Shown: piece by piece, positions 9,381-19,666 of the stretch
How the letters are laid out: every line of letters starts with the position of its first letter
Position numbering within the stretch: the stretch's first letter is position 1
From: a virus
Reading direction: 5' to 3' (one strand)
DNA length: 64,000 nucleotides
Virus record (IMG/VR): IMGVR_UViG_3300037189_023236
Made by a program: the position numbers and the translations under genes
The notes under the pieces: model-generated
The model's input: only the letters and a program-made list of their open reading frames with translations
The model's database searches: none
What the model was told of the DNA's origin: nothing

Positions 9381-12300
9381 TCAATCCGTCGACACGTCGA
9401 CAAGCGTCTTTTCTTTCTGGAGTGCATTTCGCAAGAACCGCGTGATTTGCGGCAAGCACTGCGAAACTTGTGCCAAGAAAAGAACGTTGTTTTTGCCGTA
9501 TTGTCCCTCAAATGTCGAACGATCTGACAATGAGACGCCTACAGCAAACGCGTACGTCGGAATTTTCAAACGAGTACGTACAAATGAACAAACACTCGCT
9601 ACATGCTTTTCAGCTTCATCACCGCAATATCCGTTGCCGTGTGGCAGTCCGTCAGCAATAACGAAAAGATACTTTCGCTTTGCCGGATCTTGATTCAGCA
9701 ATTTAGCCGTTTCTTTGATAGCGTATCCGTCGTAATTATTCGAATACGCGCGTATATGGCCGAGCGCGCCGAGATCGGCGTTCTCTGCGCTGCTGGTGGA
9801 GCTGTAATGCTCGAACAGCGTTAGATCAGATCTACCGTTTTGATTAGCTGTGTGGCCGTAAATGTGCAAATGCACGCCGGCAACTTTGCGCACAGCTTCG
9901 CTTAGGATAATACACATTTCGCGCGCCTGCTCAATCTTGCGCGCAGAAGACATACTGCCAGATTGGTCGACCAGTATGCCCACTGCTACGTCGGGCAGTT
10001 TTGATATTGTTTTCTGCGCCCATATGTACTCAGAGTCATATCTGAGTTTGTGCAGGCTGCCTTCATCAAGATCGCCAGACCGCATGCCGTAAATTTCGCC
10101 GACGCGCTTTGTGTCTTGAAACTGCAGCGCCTCTCGGATCTTTGTAACGGCAGCGCGGTTACGCGCTATAGTTTGCCTGACGATCACTTGGCCACTGGAG
10201 ATTTCGGCCTTTTTCGCCTTTTTGACTTTAACAACTGGCTTAGCGTCGTCATGGTTTAGATACGCAACATAATCTTCTTCTGCTGCGTTTTTAGCCTCGT
10301 CATTTATTTGATTTACGTCACTGTCGTCTAGCAACTTTGTGACTTTTTCGACAGTTTCGCCGAATAGCGCATCGTCAATTGGGCTGATTGATTTTGCTTT
10401 TGGCGCTAACTCTTCTCTAAGTAAGGCGCCAAGTTCGTTAGCCATTTCAGATGTCCGCCCGTGGCTGGCGTCATTGTGAACATTCTGCAGCAAGGCGAGC
10501 AGATCTTTTGTAGACATGCCCAAACTTTCTGCCGCGCTTGTTAGCTTATCTAGCGTATCTGCTGGCACATTTCGCAGACTTTTCGGGATATCTAACACGC
10601 CGTCGTTGTTGCGAAACGCCTCGATTAAATTCTCAAATAGCTTCTTGTTAGCTTCTTTGACGGCATTTGCAGTAAAGTCTCCTGCGTTAATATCGTCATC
10701 AGCGCCGATGCTATTCAAGAAATTTTCAATAGCTTGCTCGTGCCAACTATTTGCTGGCGGAGCATCCGCAGGATCGGCCGCCGAGGCCGCGCTATGGTGC
10801 TCGTAGCCTGCCTGCGCAAACCGCTGTGTGGCAAACCCACCGGCCCACCGAGCATTATTGATGGCGTCGCCAGCGTTCAAATCATGCCGCGTGATGCTGC
10901 TCATAGCAGTAAGCAGGCTTTTAATTTCTGACGGCTTTTTACTGCCGTCAATGCAGCTACGAGCATTTTCTACAACTGCATTGCCGTTCGTGAGTTTCGA
11001 CCGCTGCTCGTTAATGCTTGCACGCGCAGTATCCATTAGCGCAGCAGGTCCGGCTGCGCTTTTGAATTCCTTTTTTGTTTTGTTGAGGTCTTTGCGCAGC
11101 TTTTCAATTACTGCCGCTTGCGCCTCAACGTTATCAAGACTTGATTGGATTTTTTCAAGTAGAGCATTAGCGCGCGCAGTTGCGTTTGCTTTGATTTCAG
11201 CCATTTTCTCGTTTAAGCTCTGCATAATTTGCGCGGACAGGCTTTTTAACGCTTCGGCCTGTTTTGCGGCTTGTTCGGACACGGGGCCGACAAAATTTGC
11301 AGGATTTGTAGCGGGAGCAAAATCAATACCGCGCTTAATTAGCTGTTCCACGTTTGCGGCAAAATGCGCCGTATTAACAGCAATATTTCCGCGCAGCTCC
11401 GCGACTTTTTGCTGGGCCTGCGCTTCCGAAGCCGGAGACAGTTTGGATGCGGCAAAAAGCGAGTTTGCCGCTGTCGCTAAATTGTCAGCCAGTTTCTCAT
11501 CATAAAACAGCGATAGCATATCTGCGTCGCATGTTTCTCCAGATTTGCGTATTTCATCGGCAATGCGGCGCGCGTCCGGAGATTCTTGTTCAACGCGACT
11601 CATAGCCTCAAATTCATCAATTGCATTGGCCACGCGTTGCATATGATTACGCATGGCGTCGCGTTCTTTCATATTTCTTTCTGCTTCCTCGGCGTGCTCG
11701 TCGATGATCTTTTGCAGACCACCAGCCAACGCCGCCTCAAGCGAATCTTTTGGAAGCTCGCCGCCCAGACTGGCGACATAAGCTCTCAGATCGTGCATCA
11801 AGGTTTTGCACGCAGGCAAAATCTGCTCAACGGGCAACTGCGCGCCGAGATGCTTGTTTACAATTTCGGCAACCGCGGGATCCAATGTGATCTCGTCCTC
11901 CGCTGCAGCCATGTTATACGCAATTTTTGCCGCTAAAATTTCTGCCGATACGTCGGTGTCTTTAAGCAGCGCGTCTTTTGTTGTAATAAATTTCTTTGCG
12001 TGCCGCACGAAGTATGGAGCAAACCCGCCCCAATCTTCTACAACAGCGCGCCGGCTCAGCCGCATCAGCATGCTCTTGGCAAGCACGCCCGCCGAATAAT
12101 CGTTGACGACTGCGGCGGCAATATCAGCGGCATTTGCCGTTGCAATATCGGCTTTAAGTTCTTTTGCAATTTTTAGCGCCATGCCGCGCATTGACGTTTC
12201 ATTGACGTCGCGAATAACGTTTGATGAAACAGATTGCGCTAGTTGCACGCGCAGCAGCACAAAGCCGGTCAGCGCGTCAACTGCCTCGTCCTCGTCCGCC

Positions 12301-12821
12301 GCAGCGGTGGCGTTGCAGATAGCATCCGGCGAGACATAAATTGTCTGCTGTTTGCCGGAAGCTAGTTCTGAACTCACACCATTGCTATCAGCGCCGGAAC
12401 TAAATTGCACGTCATACGAAATTTTTGCCGCGGCGTTCGCCACGGTATTTGCATTTCGTTTGAGCGTGCGCAAAGCCCGGATAGCTTTGTTTTTGGTATC
12501 GCTGCTTTGATTTTGATATGTCCAAGTAGGCGATAAAAACGAGCTGCGGAATAGGCTGCTCGGCGAATAGTCGCGATACGAGCTGTATCGAAAACTGCTT
12601 TGCCGATACCAAGCTTCGTCCGAGTCGTCAAAAGCGCTACGGTATGAATACGAATCAGCCGAGCCGCGCGAATCCCGGCGTGACCCGGTATCGCTGTATC
12701 GGTCTTCTTCAAATTCAGCCCACCAGCTTAATTTGCTGTGCTCGGACGATTTTTTGCGTGCGCCGGACTTTTTGTCGTCGTCCGGCTGTTCGTCAAAAAT
12801 TGTTGGTTCTTCCCAACCCAT
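9381..12821 (-). CDS. Large CobT/NorD-like protein with C-terminal von Willebrand A domain
   Basis: SGDLD...L, MIDAS LVDQSGSM..GHT..IADG.P; long helical middle region. Confidence 0.8.
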   Translation of the reverse strand: MGWEEPTIFDEQPDDDKKSGARKKSSEHSKLSWWAEFEEDRYSDTGSRRDSRGSADSYSYRSAFDDSDEAWYRQSSFRYSSYRDYSPSSLFRSSFLSPTWTYQNQSSDTKNKAIRALRTLKRNANTVANAAAKISYDVQFSSGADSNGVSSELASGKQQTIYVSPDAICNATAAADEDEAVDALTGFVLLRVQLAQSVSSNVIRDVNETSMRGMALKIAKELKADIATANAADIAAAVVNDYSAGVLAKSMLMRLSRRAVVEDWGGFAPYFVRHAKKFITTKDALLKDTDVSAEILAAKIAYNMAAAEDEITLDPAVAEIVNKHLGAQLPVEQILPACKTLMHDLRAYVASLGGELPKDSLEAALAGGLQKIIDEHAEEAERNMKERDAMRNHMQRVANAIDEFEAMSRVEQESPDARRIADEIRKSGETCDADMLSLFYDEKLADNLATAANSLFAASKLSPASEAQAQQKVAELRGNIAVNTAHFAANVEQLIKRGIDFAPATNPANFVGPVSEQAAKQAEALKSLSAQIMQSLNEKMAEIKANATARANALLEKIQSSLDNVEAQAAVIEKLRKDLNKTKKEFKSAAGPAALMDTARASINEQRSKLTNGNAVVENARSCIDGSKKPSEIKSLLTAMSSITRHDLNAGDAINNARWAGGFATQRFAQAGYEHHSAASAADPADAPPANSWHEQAIENFLNSIGADDDINAGDFTANAVKEANKKLFENLIEAFRNNDGVLDIPKSLRNVPADTLDKLTSAAESLGMSTKDLLALLQNVHNDASHGRTSEMANELGALLREELAPKAKSISPIDDALFGETVEKVTKLLDDSDVNQINDEAKNAAEEDYVAYLNHDDAKPVVKVKKAKKAEISSGQVIVRQTIARNRAAVTKIREALQFQDTKRVGEIYGMRSGDLDEGSLHKLRYDSEYIWAQKTISKLPDVAVGILVDQSGSMSSARKIEQAREMCIILSEAVRKVAGVHLHIYGHTANQNGRSDLTLFEHYSSTSSAENADLGALGHIRAYSNNYDGYAIKETAKLLNQDPAKRKYLFVIADGLPHGNGYCGDEAEKHVASVCSFVRTRLKIPTYAFAVGVSLSDRSTFEGQYGKNNVLFLAQVSQCLPQITRFLRNALQKEKTLVDVSTD

Positions 12822-12824
12822 TAG

Positions 12825-14360
12825 TTACGCCCCTTTCGTTGCGGCAGCCGCTTTGGCCGCCAACATGTCACCAAATTTGCCCTGGATGATATTTTGAACG
12901 CGGACGCGCTCGCTATCGTCATCGCCGTCGGCTGAGAAATGATTGCTGATTGTAAACGTCAGCGTGTCGACGCCGCCGATAGCAAAGTCGTGCGCAGCAG
13001 CGATAAGCTGACGCGTTGACAAACTTTCGGTGAGCGTAGCCGAGAGTCCCGTGGAGTCCTGGCGAATCTTATTAGCCATACCGACAAGTCGGGTGGCGAT
13101 ATCGTCGCTGACACCAACGCGCCGGGTCAGCAGTTTAATCTCGTCTTTTTCGCCGAGGTACGACATCTCGATGACGCGCGGAAAGCGGTCACGGATGGCG
13201 CGGTCGAGCGATGACGTACCGGTATAACCAGCGCCTTCGTTCATAGACGCGAAGAACACCGTACCCGGGCCAACACAGATCTTGTCGCCCTTCTCCTCGA
13301 GATACGTGAATCGACGCGCGTCGAGCAGCGGCATCAGCGTGTTGAGCAGATGCGGATTTGCGCGATTGAGCTCGTCGAGAAGGATAACGTGATTTCCGGC
13401 AGTAACAGCGCGGACAAACTGGCTTTCGTGCCAGTAAACCGTGCCGTCTTTTGCGCCCTTGTAGCCAAACCAGTCGCGGGCCTCGCGAAGGTTGGCGCAG
13501 TCCATAATAAGCAGTGGCAGCTTGAGCCGCGCGGCAAACTGAATAGCCAGTTCGGTCTTACCGCAGCCGTGAGGGCCGAGCAGTCGAACGTTTTGCGGGC
13601 AGTTACGCCGCGAGATTTGCAGAATCTTGAACAGCTGTGCAACCTGCTCATTGATAATGTAGGTATCATCCGGGCTAGGGATAAATACGCCGTTTGCAAT
13701 CGCCTCTTCGCGATCGTGCTCTGCCGCGATTTTCAACTCTGGCGTATCGCCCGACATTTTCCCAAAACCAAAACTTACAGTCGTAGCAGTCATTTGTTCT
13801 GCTTTTTCTGCCTTTTCGTCAAGAGTTTCTTCGTCAATTTTGCTTACTACTGGCTCGCCGGCGCGATCAAGCGTCGCGGCGTCATGCCACCACCCTATAC
13901 CGTCAGGTTTGCCGGCGAGCAGCCAGTTCAGAATACGGCGATTTCGGTTGATGATTTCAGCCATTTCGCCGTAATTGTTGGAATATATTGCGTGCTTTAG
14001 CCCGTCAGCTACCGCTGAAATAGCGCGCGATTCGTTTGCCAGCAGCGGATCTGTGAAAGTGCTCGGCAAATCAGTAATCATCCGAACAATCGCGGTGCTC
14101 AGACACATTACGCCGTCGTAGTCGGGCAGCACGTCGCCGATTGTTTTGATGTTCCCGGCCGCGATCTCCGACTTTAGCCGTGTTGGATTTTTCGGATTGT
14201 GCGCCGCAAAAGTCTCAGCCGACACGACGGCGAAATAAAAACCTAGCGGGCCGACTTCGATTTCGTCGTGATTTTTTGGAGGCCTGCCGCGCGACGCTGG
14301 CATGACGGCAATAGGCGTGTGCTGCTTAGTAACCGCGTCAAACGATGTGTAGAGGTACAT
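12825..14360 (-). CDS. MoxR-type (CbbQ/NorQ/CobS-like) AAA+ ATPase
   Basis: Walker A GPHGCGKT, Walker B ILLDELNR, sensor FASMN, LDRAIRDRF and STRQL. Confidence 0.9.
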   Translation of the reverse strand: MYLYTSFDAVTKQHTPIAVMPASRGRPPKNHDEIEVGPLGFYFAVVSAETFAAHNPKNPTRLKSEIAAGNIKTIGDVLPDYDGVMCLSTAIVRMITDLPSTFTDPLLANESRAISAVADGLKHAIYSNNYGEMAEIINRNRRILNWLLAGKPDGIGWWHDAATLDRAGEPVVSKIDEETLDEKAEKAEQMTATTVSFGFGKMSGDTPELKIAAEHDREEAIANGVFIPSPDDTYIINEQVAQLFKILQISRRNCPQNVRLLGPHGCGKTELAIQFAARLKLPLLIMDCANLREARDWFGYKGAKDGTVYWHESQFVRAVTAGNHVILLDELNRANPHLLNTLMPLLDARRFTYLEEKGDKICVGPGTVFFASMNEGAGYTGTSSLDRAIRDRFPRVIEMSYLGEKDEIKLLTRRVGVSDDIATRLVGMANKIRQDSTGLSATLTESLSTRQLIAAAHDFAIGGVDTLTFTISNHFSADGDDDSERVRVQNIIQGKFGDMLAAKAAAATKGA

Positions 14361-14402
14361 GAAAGCCTTTCAAGTGATGGGCGTGCATATCTGTATTAAT
14401 CT

Positions 14403-14455
14403 AAAAAAGAACCCCGGCGCAGATTGCTTGCCAAAAAGCAAGGTCTGCGCCGGGG
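14403..14455 (-). terminator. Intrinsic terminator
   Basis: 12-bp stem CCCCGGCGCAGA/TCTGCGCCGGGG followed by TTCTTTTTT on the minus strand. Confidence 0.75.
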
Positions 14456-14482
14456 CTTGGAGAATTTAGGCAATTTGCGCAA

Positions 14483-15238
14483 CTAACTGCGCTGGATTAC
14501 CCGATGGCACATATCGAGCACGGCCTTGGCGCGCTCGTATCCGCCGGCTGCGTGCATGAAATCCGCCGCGTTTTCTAGCAGCTCGGACGTGTGCGAGAGC
14601 TCGCCGGCTGCCGAGTCGTCGCTGCTGCTGTCAATTGCCGCACGGGTCTTTAGCGCAGGCCGGCTTTTTGTCGGTTCCTCGTCGTTTGCTTCGGCAGCTA
14701 CTGGCGTCTTAGCTTTTGCGCCGGCGCCTTTTCTCAGCGCAGGCACGCCCATAGCACGAAGCGTAATCGAGACCTGCGACGCATTCACCTCAATGCCCTT
14801 TTTTTCCAGAGCCTCGATGATGTCTTTCGGCCGCAAATCTTTGCCAGCAGCTTGCCTGGCGGCAATCACTTCGCGAATAGAATCAGCTTTTGTTTTTCCA
14901 CCAGCTTTGGCTTTAGCCATTTTCTTACCCTTTGAATGGGCAGCCTCTGGCAACGACTCGCTCGAATCGTCTGCATCGGCTGCAGGCAACGTTGCAGTTA
15001 CTGTGACGCTTTCGTCGGCTTCGTTGCCGACATCGGCGTTTTCGTCGTCAGATGCATCTTCGGCATCTTCTTCTTCGTCTTCTTCATCTTCGTCTTCTTC
15101 ATCTTCGTCGTCTTCGTCGGCGGCGGTATTAATGGTCGCTCGCGCGGCTTTTTGCAGAAACTTTTCGCAGTCAGCTTCGCTGTCTGCGTCGTCTTCCCAG
15201 CAACTTTCAGCGCCAGTTAGATTCGTCTGCCTAACCAT
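14483..15238 (-). CDS. Acidic N-terminus plus basic putative DNA-binding domain, planctomycete-type
   Basis: TKADSIREVI..RPKDIIEALEKKGIEVNASQVS..LR and C-terminal AGG..RA..L; AAGGAGG RBS. Confidence 0.6.
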   Translation of the reverse strand: MVRQTNLTGAESCWEDDADSEADCEKFLQKAARATINTAADEDDEDEEDEDEEDEEEDAEDASDDENADVGNEADESVTVTATLPAADADDSSESLPEAAHSKGKKMAKAKAGGKTKADSIREVIAARQAAGKDLRPKDIIEALEKKGIEVNASQVSITLRAMGVPALRKGAGAKAKTPVAAEANDEEPTKSRPALKTRAAIDSSSDDSAAGELSHTSELLENAADFMHAAGGYERAKAVLDMCHRVIQRS

Positions 15239-15293
15239 GTGGCCTCCTTCAAAAATGCAGTCTGCCTAGCGGCAGAACACTGATGGTTAACGC

Positions 15294-15322
15294 ACCATAC
15301 ACGGTGCGCAGGCGAATTTCAA
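15294..15322 (-). promoter_or_regulatory. sigma70-like promoter
   Basis: TTGAAA-N17-TATGGT upstream of 15238. Confidence 0.45.
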
Positions 15323-15369
15323 CTGCCTGCTAAGATTTTTACGCAATCGTTGTTTTGCGGCTGTTTTGC

Positions 15370-15660
15370 CTAAGTTTCCGCGGATATTGCCGCAGTCTCG
15401 GGCTCAAACGCGAAATACAGCCGGGGTGCGTCCACATACGCGACAGTTCCGCGGATACCGTCTGATTTGCGTATGACGCGCAAAACAAGCTCATCAAAAA
15501 TAGAAACCGCGAATTCAGATAGCAGTTCTTCCGCATTCCATACAGCGCCGTACTTGGTTTGCAAGTCTTGTCGCACTTCGTCTTCAGGCAGGTTAGCGTA
15601 ATAGTCGCGCAACCGTGCAGCTAACAGTTGGTCGTCTTTCGACGTGGCCGCGATCGTCAT
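15370..15660 (-). CDS. Hypothetical protein
   Basis: AGGAGG RBS; ATGA coupling to upstream gene. Confidence 0.7.
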   Translation of the reverse strand: MTIAATSKDDQLLAARLRDYYANLPEDEVRQDLQTKYGAVWNAEELLSEFAVSIFDELVLRVIRKSDGIRGTVAYVDAPRLYFAFEPETAAISAET

Positions 15661-16079
15661 TTATCCTCCTTTGTTGCGGCATTCACTTGTTGAATTTTTT
15701 GATTTAGATCCTGTAGCTCTGCTGTTTTAGCGTGCAGCTCTACAACTAGTTCGCCGGCCATTTTGTCGAAAGCCGTTAATTGCGCTACCATGTCTTTGTG
15801 CACGTCTACGCCAAACGCCGTAAGCTGTCCCAGCATTTGCAGCAAACCCGCTAAATACGGCGGTGTTTCATTTCGTAAACGGATTAACCCAGTCGGCACA
15901 TTAGCTAGGCTTGGCGCCCACAACGGAATAAACGCAACAGCCTGCAGTTCCGGCACTTCGCGAATGAGGTTTTCAGCAAACTCGTTCGCTGCTTTGAAGA
16001 CCTTTATGTCGCAGGGCAGCTCCTCTGTTTCAATCTTCGCTGCCGAGACTGTCGTTTCCGAATTCGACTGGTCTGTCAT
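15657..16079 (-). CDS. Hypothetical protein with C-terminal coiled coil
   Basis: ORF track; coupled to 15370-15660. Confidence 0.65.
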   Translation of the reverse strand: MTDQSNSETTVSAAKIETEELPCDIKVFKAANEFAENLIREVPELQAVAFIPLWAPSLANVPTGLIRLRNETPPYLAGLLQMLGQLTAFGVDVHKDMVAQLTAFDKMAGELVVELHAKTAELQDLNQKIQQVNAATKEDK

Positions 16080-16410
16080 AACGCATCCCTATTGGAAGTA
16101 TGCCGTCAATAATATTTGACAGCCTTGTCGCGGCTAGTCCGTAAACGACTACGCGCGCGATTACAGATACAATACTCCCAAACCAATCAGCCGACAAGAG
16201 GATTGCGTATAAGTAAATCGGAACATGGTAGCTTTTGCAAAACGGGCAATTAAGCAGTTCTGTCCACAGCCAGGTAATAGACCCAGCTCGCGCGACATCG
16301 TTTTTTGCCTGGGCATACGCGCGCCATACCGCGAATATACTGCCGTTGTGCCAGACGTCAATAATCGCGCCCGTGGCCAGCGTTATTGCGACAAAATCAA
16401 ATGCGTTCAT
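16030..16410 (-). CDS. Membrane protein with CPFC motif (DUF1360-like)
   Basis: Hydrophobic segments; ELLNCPFC.SYH. Confidence 0.5.
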   Translation of the reverse strand: MNAFDFVAITLATGAIIDVWHNGSIFAVWRAYAQAKNDVARAGSITWLWTELLNCPFCKSYHVPIYLYAILLSADWFGSIVSVIARVVVYGLAATRLSNIIDGILPIGMRYDRPVEFGNDSLGSED

Positions 16411-16598
16411 TATTTGCGCCTACGTTGCCGGCGTTTTGCGGCTGTTCCCGCGCCATTAGTCAGCACAAGTCCAAAATAGATCATCCCGAGAACCGCGACA
16501 ACTCCTCCGAAACCCATTGCAGGAAAGCCGGCGATTGCAGCAATAACGGCTAAACCTGCGTATCCAACAAAAGTCTCACCACCCGAGTTAGAACTCAT
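16410..16598 (-). CDS. Small two-TM membrane protein with basic tail
   Basis: Two hydrophobic stretches followed by KRRQRRRK. Confidence 0.6.
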   Translation of the reverse strand: MSSNSGGETFVGYAGLAVIAAIAGFPAMGFGGVVAVLGMIYFGLVLTNGAGTAAKRRQRRRK

Positions 16599-16735
16599 CG
16601 AACGACCCCGCTTTGGTTGCAGCCAAAAAAGTTTGGCTAAACTGGCTTTAGCGTGGGCACTGGGCTATCTTCAAACTAGGGACAACGGCCGTGGTGAGTT
16701 CAATTTAAAAGCTCACCACGACCTGATCCCGAGAA

Positions 16736-16918
16736 TTAACTCGTTTTATCAGAGGTGATGAGCTTGAACAGCACTACACAAATTTGCGCTACTCCGAATA
16801 AAAATGAGAGCATGCCGTGAACAAATAAGGCAACTACCAGATTTGCTCCGTCCTCGAGCCATTGAAGATCTGCGTCGTTTTTACCGCGATAATAATTTTT
16901 TCCGCTGTAGTGACCCAT
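16736..16918 (-). CDS. Small membrane protein (start MGHYSG)
   Basis: Hydrophobic C-terminal half; start abuts the terminase start. Confidence 0.45.
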   Translation of the reverse strand: MGHYSGKNYYRGKNDADLQWLEDGANLVVALFVHGMLSFLFGVAQICVVLFKLITSDKTS

Positions 16919-18841
16919 ATGCCGTCCAATACTTTGCAGAGTGACGTTCTGCTGCGTGAACAAGCGTTAGAAATACCCGACAAGGGCATTAACGATCTTG
17001 TTCAGGAATTGCTCAATATTGACCAGGCAGATGCGCAAGCATTCGGTGCCCGGTCAGCTGTTTTGACGGAACTCGCTAATAAAAAGTTCTTCCCGTCGCT
17101 CGAACCGCTGCTGCCGTTGGTGCTTAATTTAAACGGCAAGCCATACACTTTAACGCAGCACTACCCGTTTGCTCCTTTATTCCGTTTACTGATGCCCAAA
17201 AACATGGTGCTCAAAACCGGGCGCCAGGTTAGTAAATCGACATCGCTTGCGGCGCACGGTGTAGTGCTAGCGAATTGTTTGCCGTTTTTCAAAACTCTCT
17301 ACGTAACGCCACTGTACGAGCAGATTCGCCGTTTCAGTAACAACTACGTGCGATCGTTCATCGACCAATCTCCGATTAAGGATCAATGGTGCGGAACAGA
17401 TACAGAGAACAATGTGCTTCAACGTTCGTTCAAGAACAAAAGCATTATGTTGTTCAGTTTCGCGCTATTAGACGCTGACCGAGTCCGCGGTATCAGTACA
17501 GACCGCGTGGTCATGGACGAGATTCAGGACATGGATCCGGATCACATTCCAATTATTCAGGAAACGATGTCCTATAGTCGTTACGCCATTTTGCACATGG
17601 CCGGGACGCCAAAAAGTCTAGACAACCCGCTCGAGGGCGCGTACAAGCGCTCGAGTGGTGCTGAGTGGTTTATTCCTTGCGAGTCGTGTCGTCACTGGAA
17701 CATACCAACGCTCGATCACGATCTAGACGCTATGATCGGCGACTTCAATATTCACATTAGCGAGAAGTATCCGGGCACAGTTTGCGCGAAATGCCGAAAA
17801 CCAATTAATCCGCGGCATGGGCGTTGGGTTCATCGCAAGCCGGATTTGCGCTGGCAGTTTTCCGGCTATCATGTGCCGCAAATTATCTTGCCGCTCCACT
17901 TTGCCGACCCCGAAAAGTGGAGCACGCTGCTGATGAAACGCGAGGGCTTCGGCAACATGACGCAAGCGCAGTTCTACAACGAAGTCATGGGCGAATCCAT
18001 TGACTCCGGCCAGAAATTAATCACAGAAACCGAATTACGCGACGCAGCTATTTTGCCGTGGGAGAACAAAAAAGAACCCGATCCTGAAGTAACCAATCGA
18101 TTAAAACACTACAAACATCGCGTAATGGCCATCGACTGGGGCGGCGGCGGTGAAGAAGGAATTTCATTTACCGTTATTACTATTCTTGGATTCGGCAATG
18201 ACGGCACAATTGATGTTCTGTGGGGCAAACGTATTTTGCTTGGCGCGGAACATCTTGCCGAAGCTGTCGAGTGCATGAAGTGGGCGGACTATTTCAAAGT
18301 TGATTACGTCGCTCACGACTACACTGGCGCCGGTACTGTGCGCGAAACAGTTATGGTTCAAGCCGGGTTTAACCTCGACCGCGTTATGGCCGTTAGGCTT
18401 GTACGCGCGGCTAGTCAGGACATTATGGTGTTCAAACCGGCGACTGCCCTTAATCATCGACAACATTATTCGTTGGATAAGACGCGATCGCTGCTCTACA
18501 CGTGCCAAGCGATTAAACTCAAGCAGATCAAGTTCTTTAAATACGACTGGGTGTCGCAAGACAGTCCCGGCCTAATATCTGATTTTCTGGCGCTTGTAGA
18601 AAACAAAGCCGAATCGCGACTAGGCGGCGACATCTACACGATTACAAGAAACACACTCCTTAGCGATGACTTTGCGCAAGCTGTGAATTTAGGATGTGCC
18701 GCCATTTGGCACATCAATCAAGCCTGGCCCAACTTTGCCGAAATAGCCGGCCTCGGGCGCATCAGCGGACAGCAGGCTGTCGCTGAGAACCCGGAAGATT
18801 GGGCAGACGACGACATGGGCAACCGATTTTTCGGTTACTGA
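16919..18841 (+). CDS. Terminase large subunit, GpA-like
   Basis: KTGRQVSKST Walker A variant, RVRG..D...DEIQD Walker B, GTPK motif, CxxC..CxxC..G.WV insert, FYNEVMGE, MAIDWGG nuclease start and C-terminal DDFAQA. Confidence 0.85.
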   Translation: MPSNTLQSDVLLREQALEIPDKGINDLVQELLNIDQADAQAFGARSAVLTELANKKFFPSLEPLLPLVLNLNGKPYTLTQHYPFAPLFRLLMPKNMVLKTGRQVSKSTSLAAHGVVLANCLPFFKTLYVTPLYEQIRRFSNNYVRSFIDQSPIKDQWCGTDTENNVLQRSFKNKSIMLFSFALLDADRVRGISTDRVVMDEIQDMDPDHIPIIQETMSYSRYAILHMAGTPKSLDNPLEGAYKRSSGAEWFIPCESCRHWNIPTLDHDLDAMIGDFNIHISEKYPGTVCAKCRKPINPRHGRWVHRKPDLRWQFSGYHVPQIILPLHFADPEKWSTLLMKREGFGNMTQAQFYNEVMGESIDSGQKLITETELRDAAILPWENKKEPDPEVTNRLKHYKHRVMAIDWGGGGEEGISFTVITILGFGNDGTIDVLWGKRILLGAEHLAEAVECMKWADYFKVDYVAHDYTGAGTVRETVMVQAGFNLDRVMAVRLVRAASQDIMVFKPATALNHRQHYSLDKTRSLLYTCQAIKLKQIKFFKYDWVSQDSPGLISDFLALVENKAESRLGGDIYTITRNTLLSDDFAQAVNLGCAAIWHINQAWPNFAEIAGLGRISGQQAVAENPEDWADDDMGNRFFGY

Positions 18842-19233
18842 TTGTTTTCGTACAGTTTTACGACGTCGTCGAACGACGCGTCGGATAGGTCTATCGGCCT
18901 TGGGCGTTTTGCAGCTTGCGGCAGTTGCACTGCTTGCGTCAGAACACGCGGCGGCGACTTATTTGGATAGAGCGTTCCGGCAGCATCTGTATACCGCGCG
19001 CGCAATATTAGCAGCGCGTCTTGGCAGTCAAAACAGAGGTTTTGGCTCAATTGTTTTGGGCGCCCGCAGCGACATTTACGCATGGCGGCGTGCGCGTCAT
19101 CTGGCTGGTCGGCGTTGCACTTTCTGCATAAGTTTTGTTTTTGCAGCTCGGCAAATAAACGCACCGCTCTTCTAAAGCGAGCCTCTTGCGACATTTTTGG
19201 TTTGTCGCTTTTTTGCTGATCGTCCATGAACAT
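18835..19233 (-). CDS. Cys-rich hypothetical protein
   Basis: GGGAGG RBS before ATG at 19233; CxxC, CxC and CxxC motifs. Confidence 0.55.
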   Translation of the reverse strand: MFMDDQQKSDKPKMSQEARFRRAVRLFAELQKQNLCRKCNADQPDDAHAAMRKCRCGRPKQLSQNLCFDCQDALLILRARYTDAAGTLYPNKSPPRVLTQAVQLPQAAKRPRPIDLSDASFDDVVKLYENNQ

Positions 19234-19264
19234 GAGAAACCTCCCTGGCGCAAACCTGCTAAAG

Positions 19265-19666
19265 TTAGTCAAGTTCTTCTCGTAGCGCATTTTCTTTAAT
19301 AACACACGCGATCATACGAACATACGCTTCCGCTGCTTCTTGATTGATAAACTCAGCGCGAAATTCTGTGCCGTCGCTTTTTGGCAGCATAACTGGTTTA
19401 CCTCCGCGCGTTACGTAATAAATACCAGCTTCTTCCGCAATCTGGTATTCGTCCGTAACGATTTCCAGTTCGTCAGGCGGGCAAATGCAGCTAAGCGATC
19501 GGCCGTTGTCCCAGGCAATAAGAAACTGCACTTGCTGAGCCTCGCGAAAGTGCAAATCTGTAATAAGCCGCACAGTCCCGACAGATCCCACCGGAATCGG
19601 ATCGGGGTCGTCGGGCATGCGCAACAATTTCACGCGGTCGCCCACAGAAATGTCGAGACAATTCAT
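19265..19666 (-). CDS. DUF4314-domain protein
   Basis: GDRVKL..M.DDP.PIP.G..GTV..WDNG.SL. Confidence 0.8.
   Translation of the reverse strand: MNCLDISVGDRVKLLRMPDDPDPIPVGSVGTVRLITDLHFREAQQVQFLIAWDNGRSLSCICPPDELEIVTDEYQIAEEAGIYYVTRGGKPVMLPKSDGTEFRAEFINQEAAEAYVRMIACVIKENALREELD

Noticed and set aside
16690-16720. Hairpin CGTGGTGAG/CTCACCACG
   Set aside because: It is probably an ordinary terminator or stability hairpin; nothing supports more.
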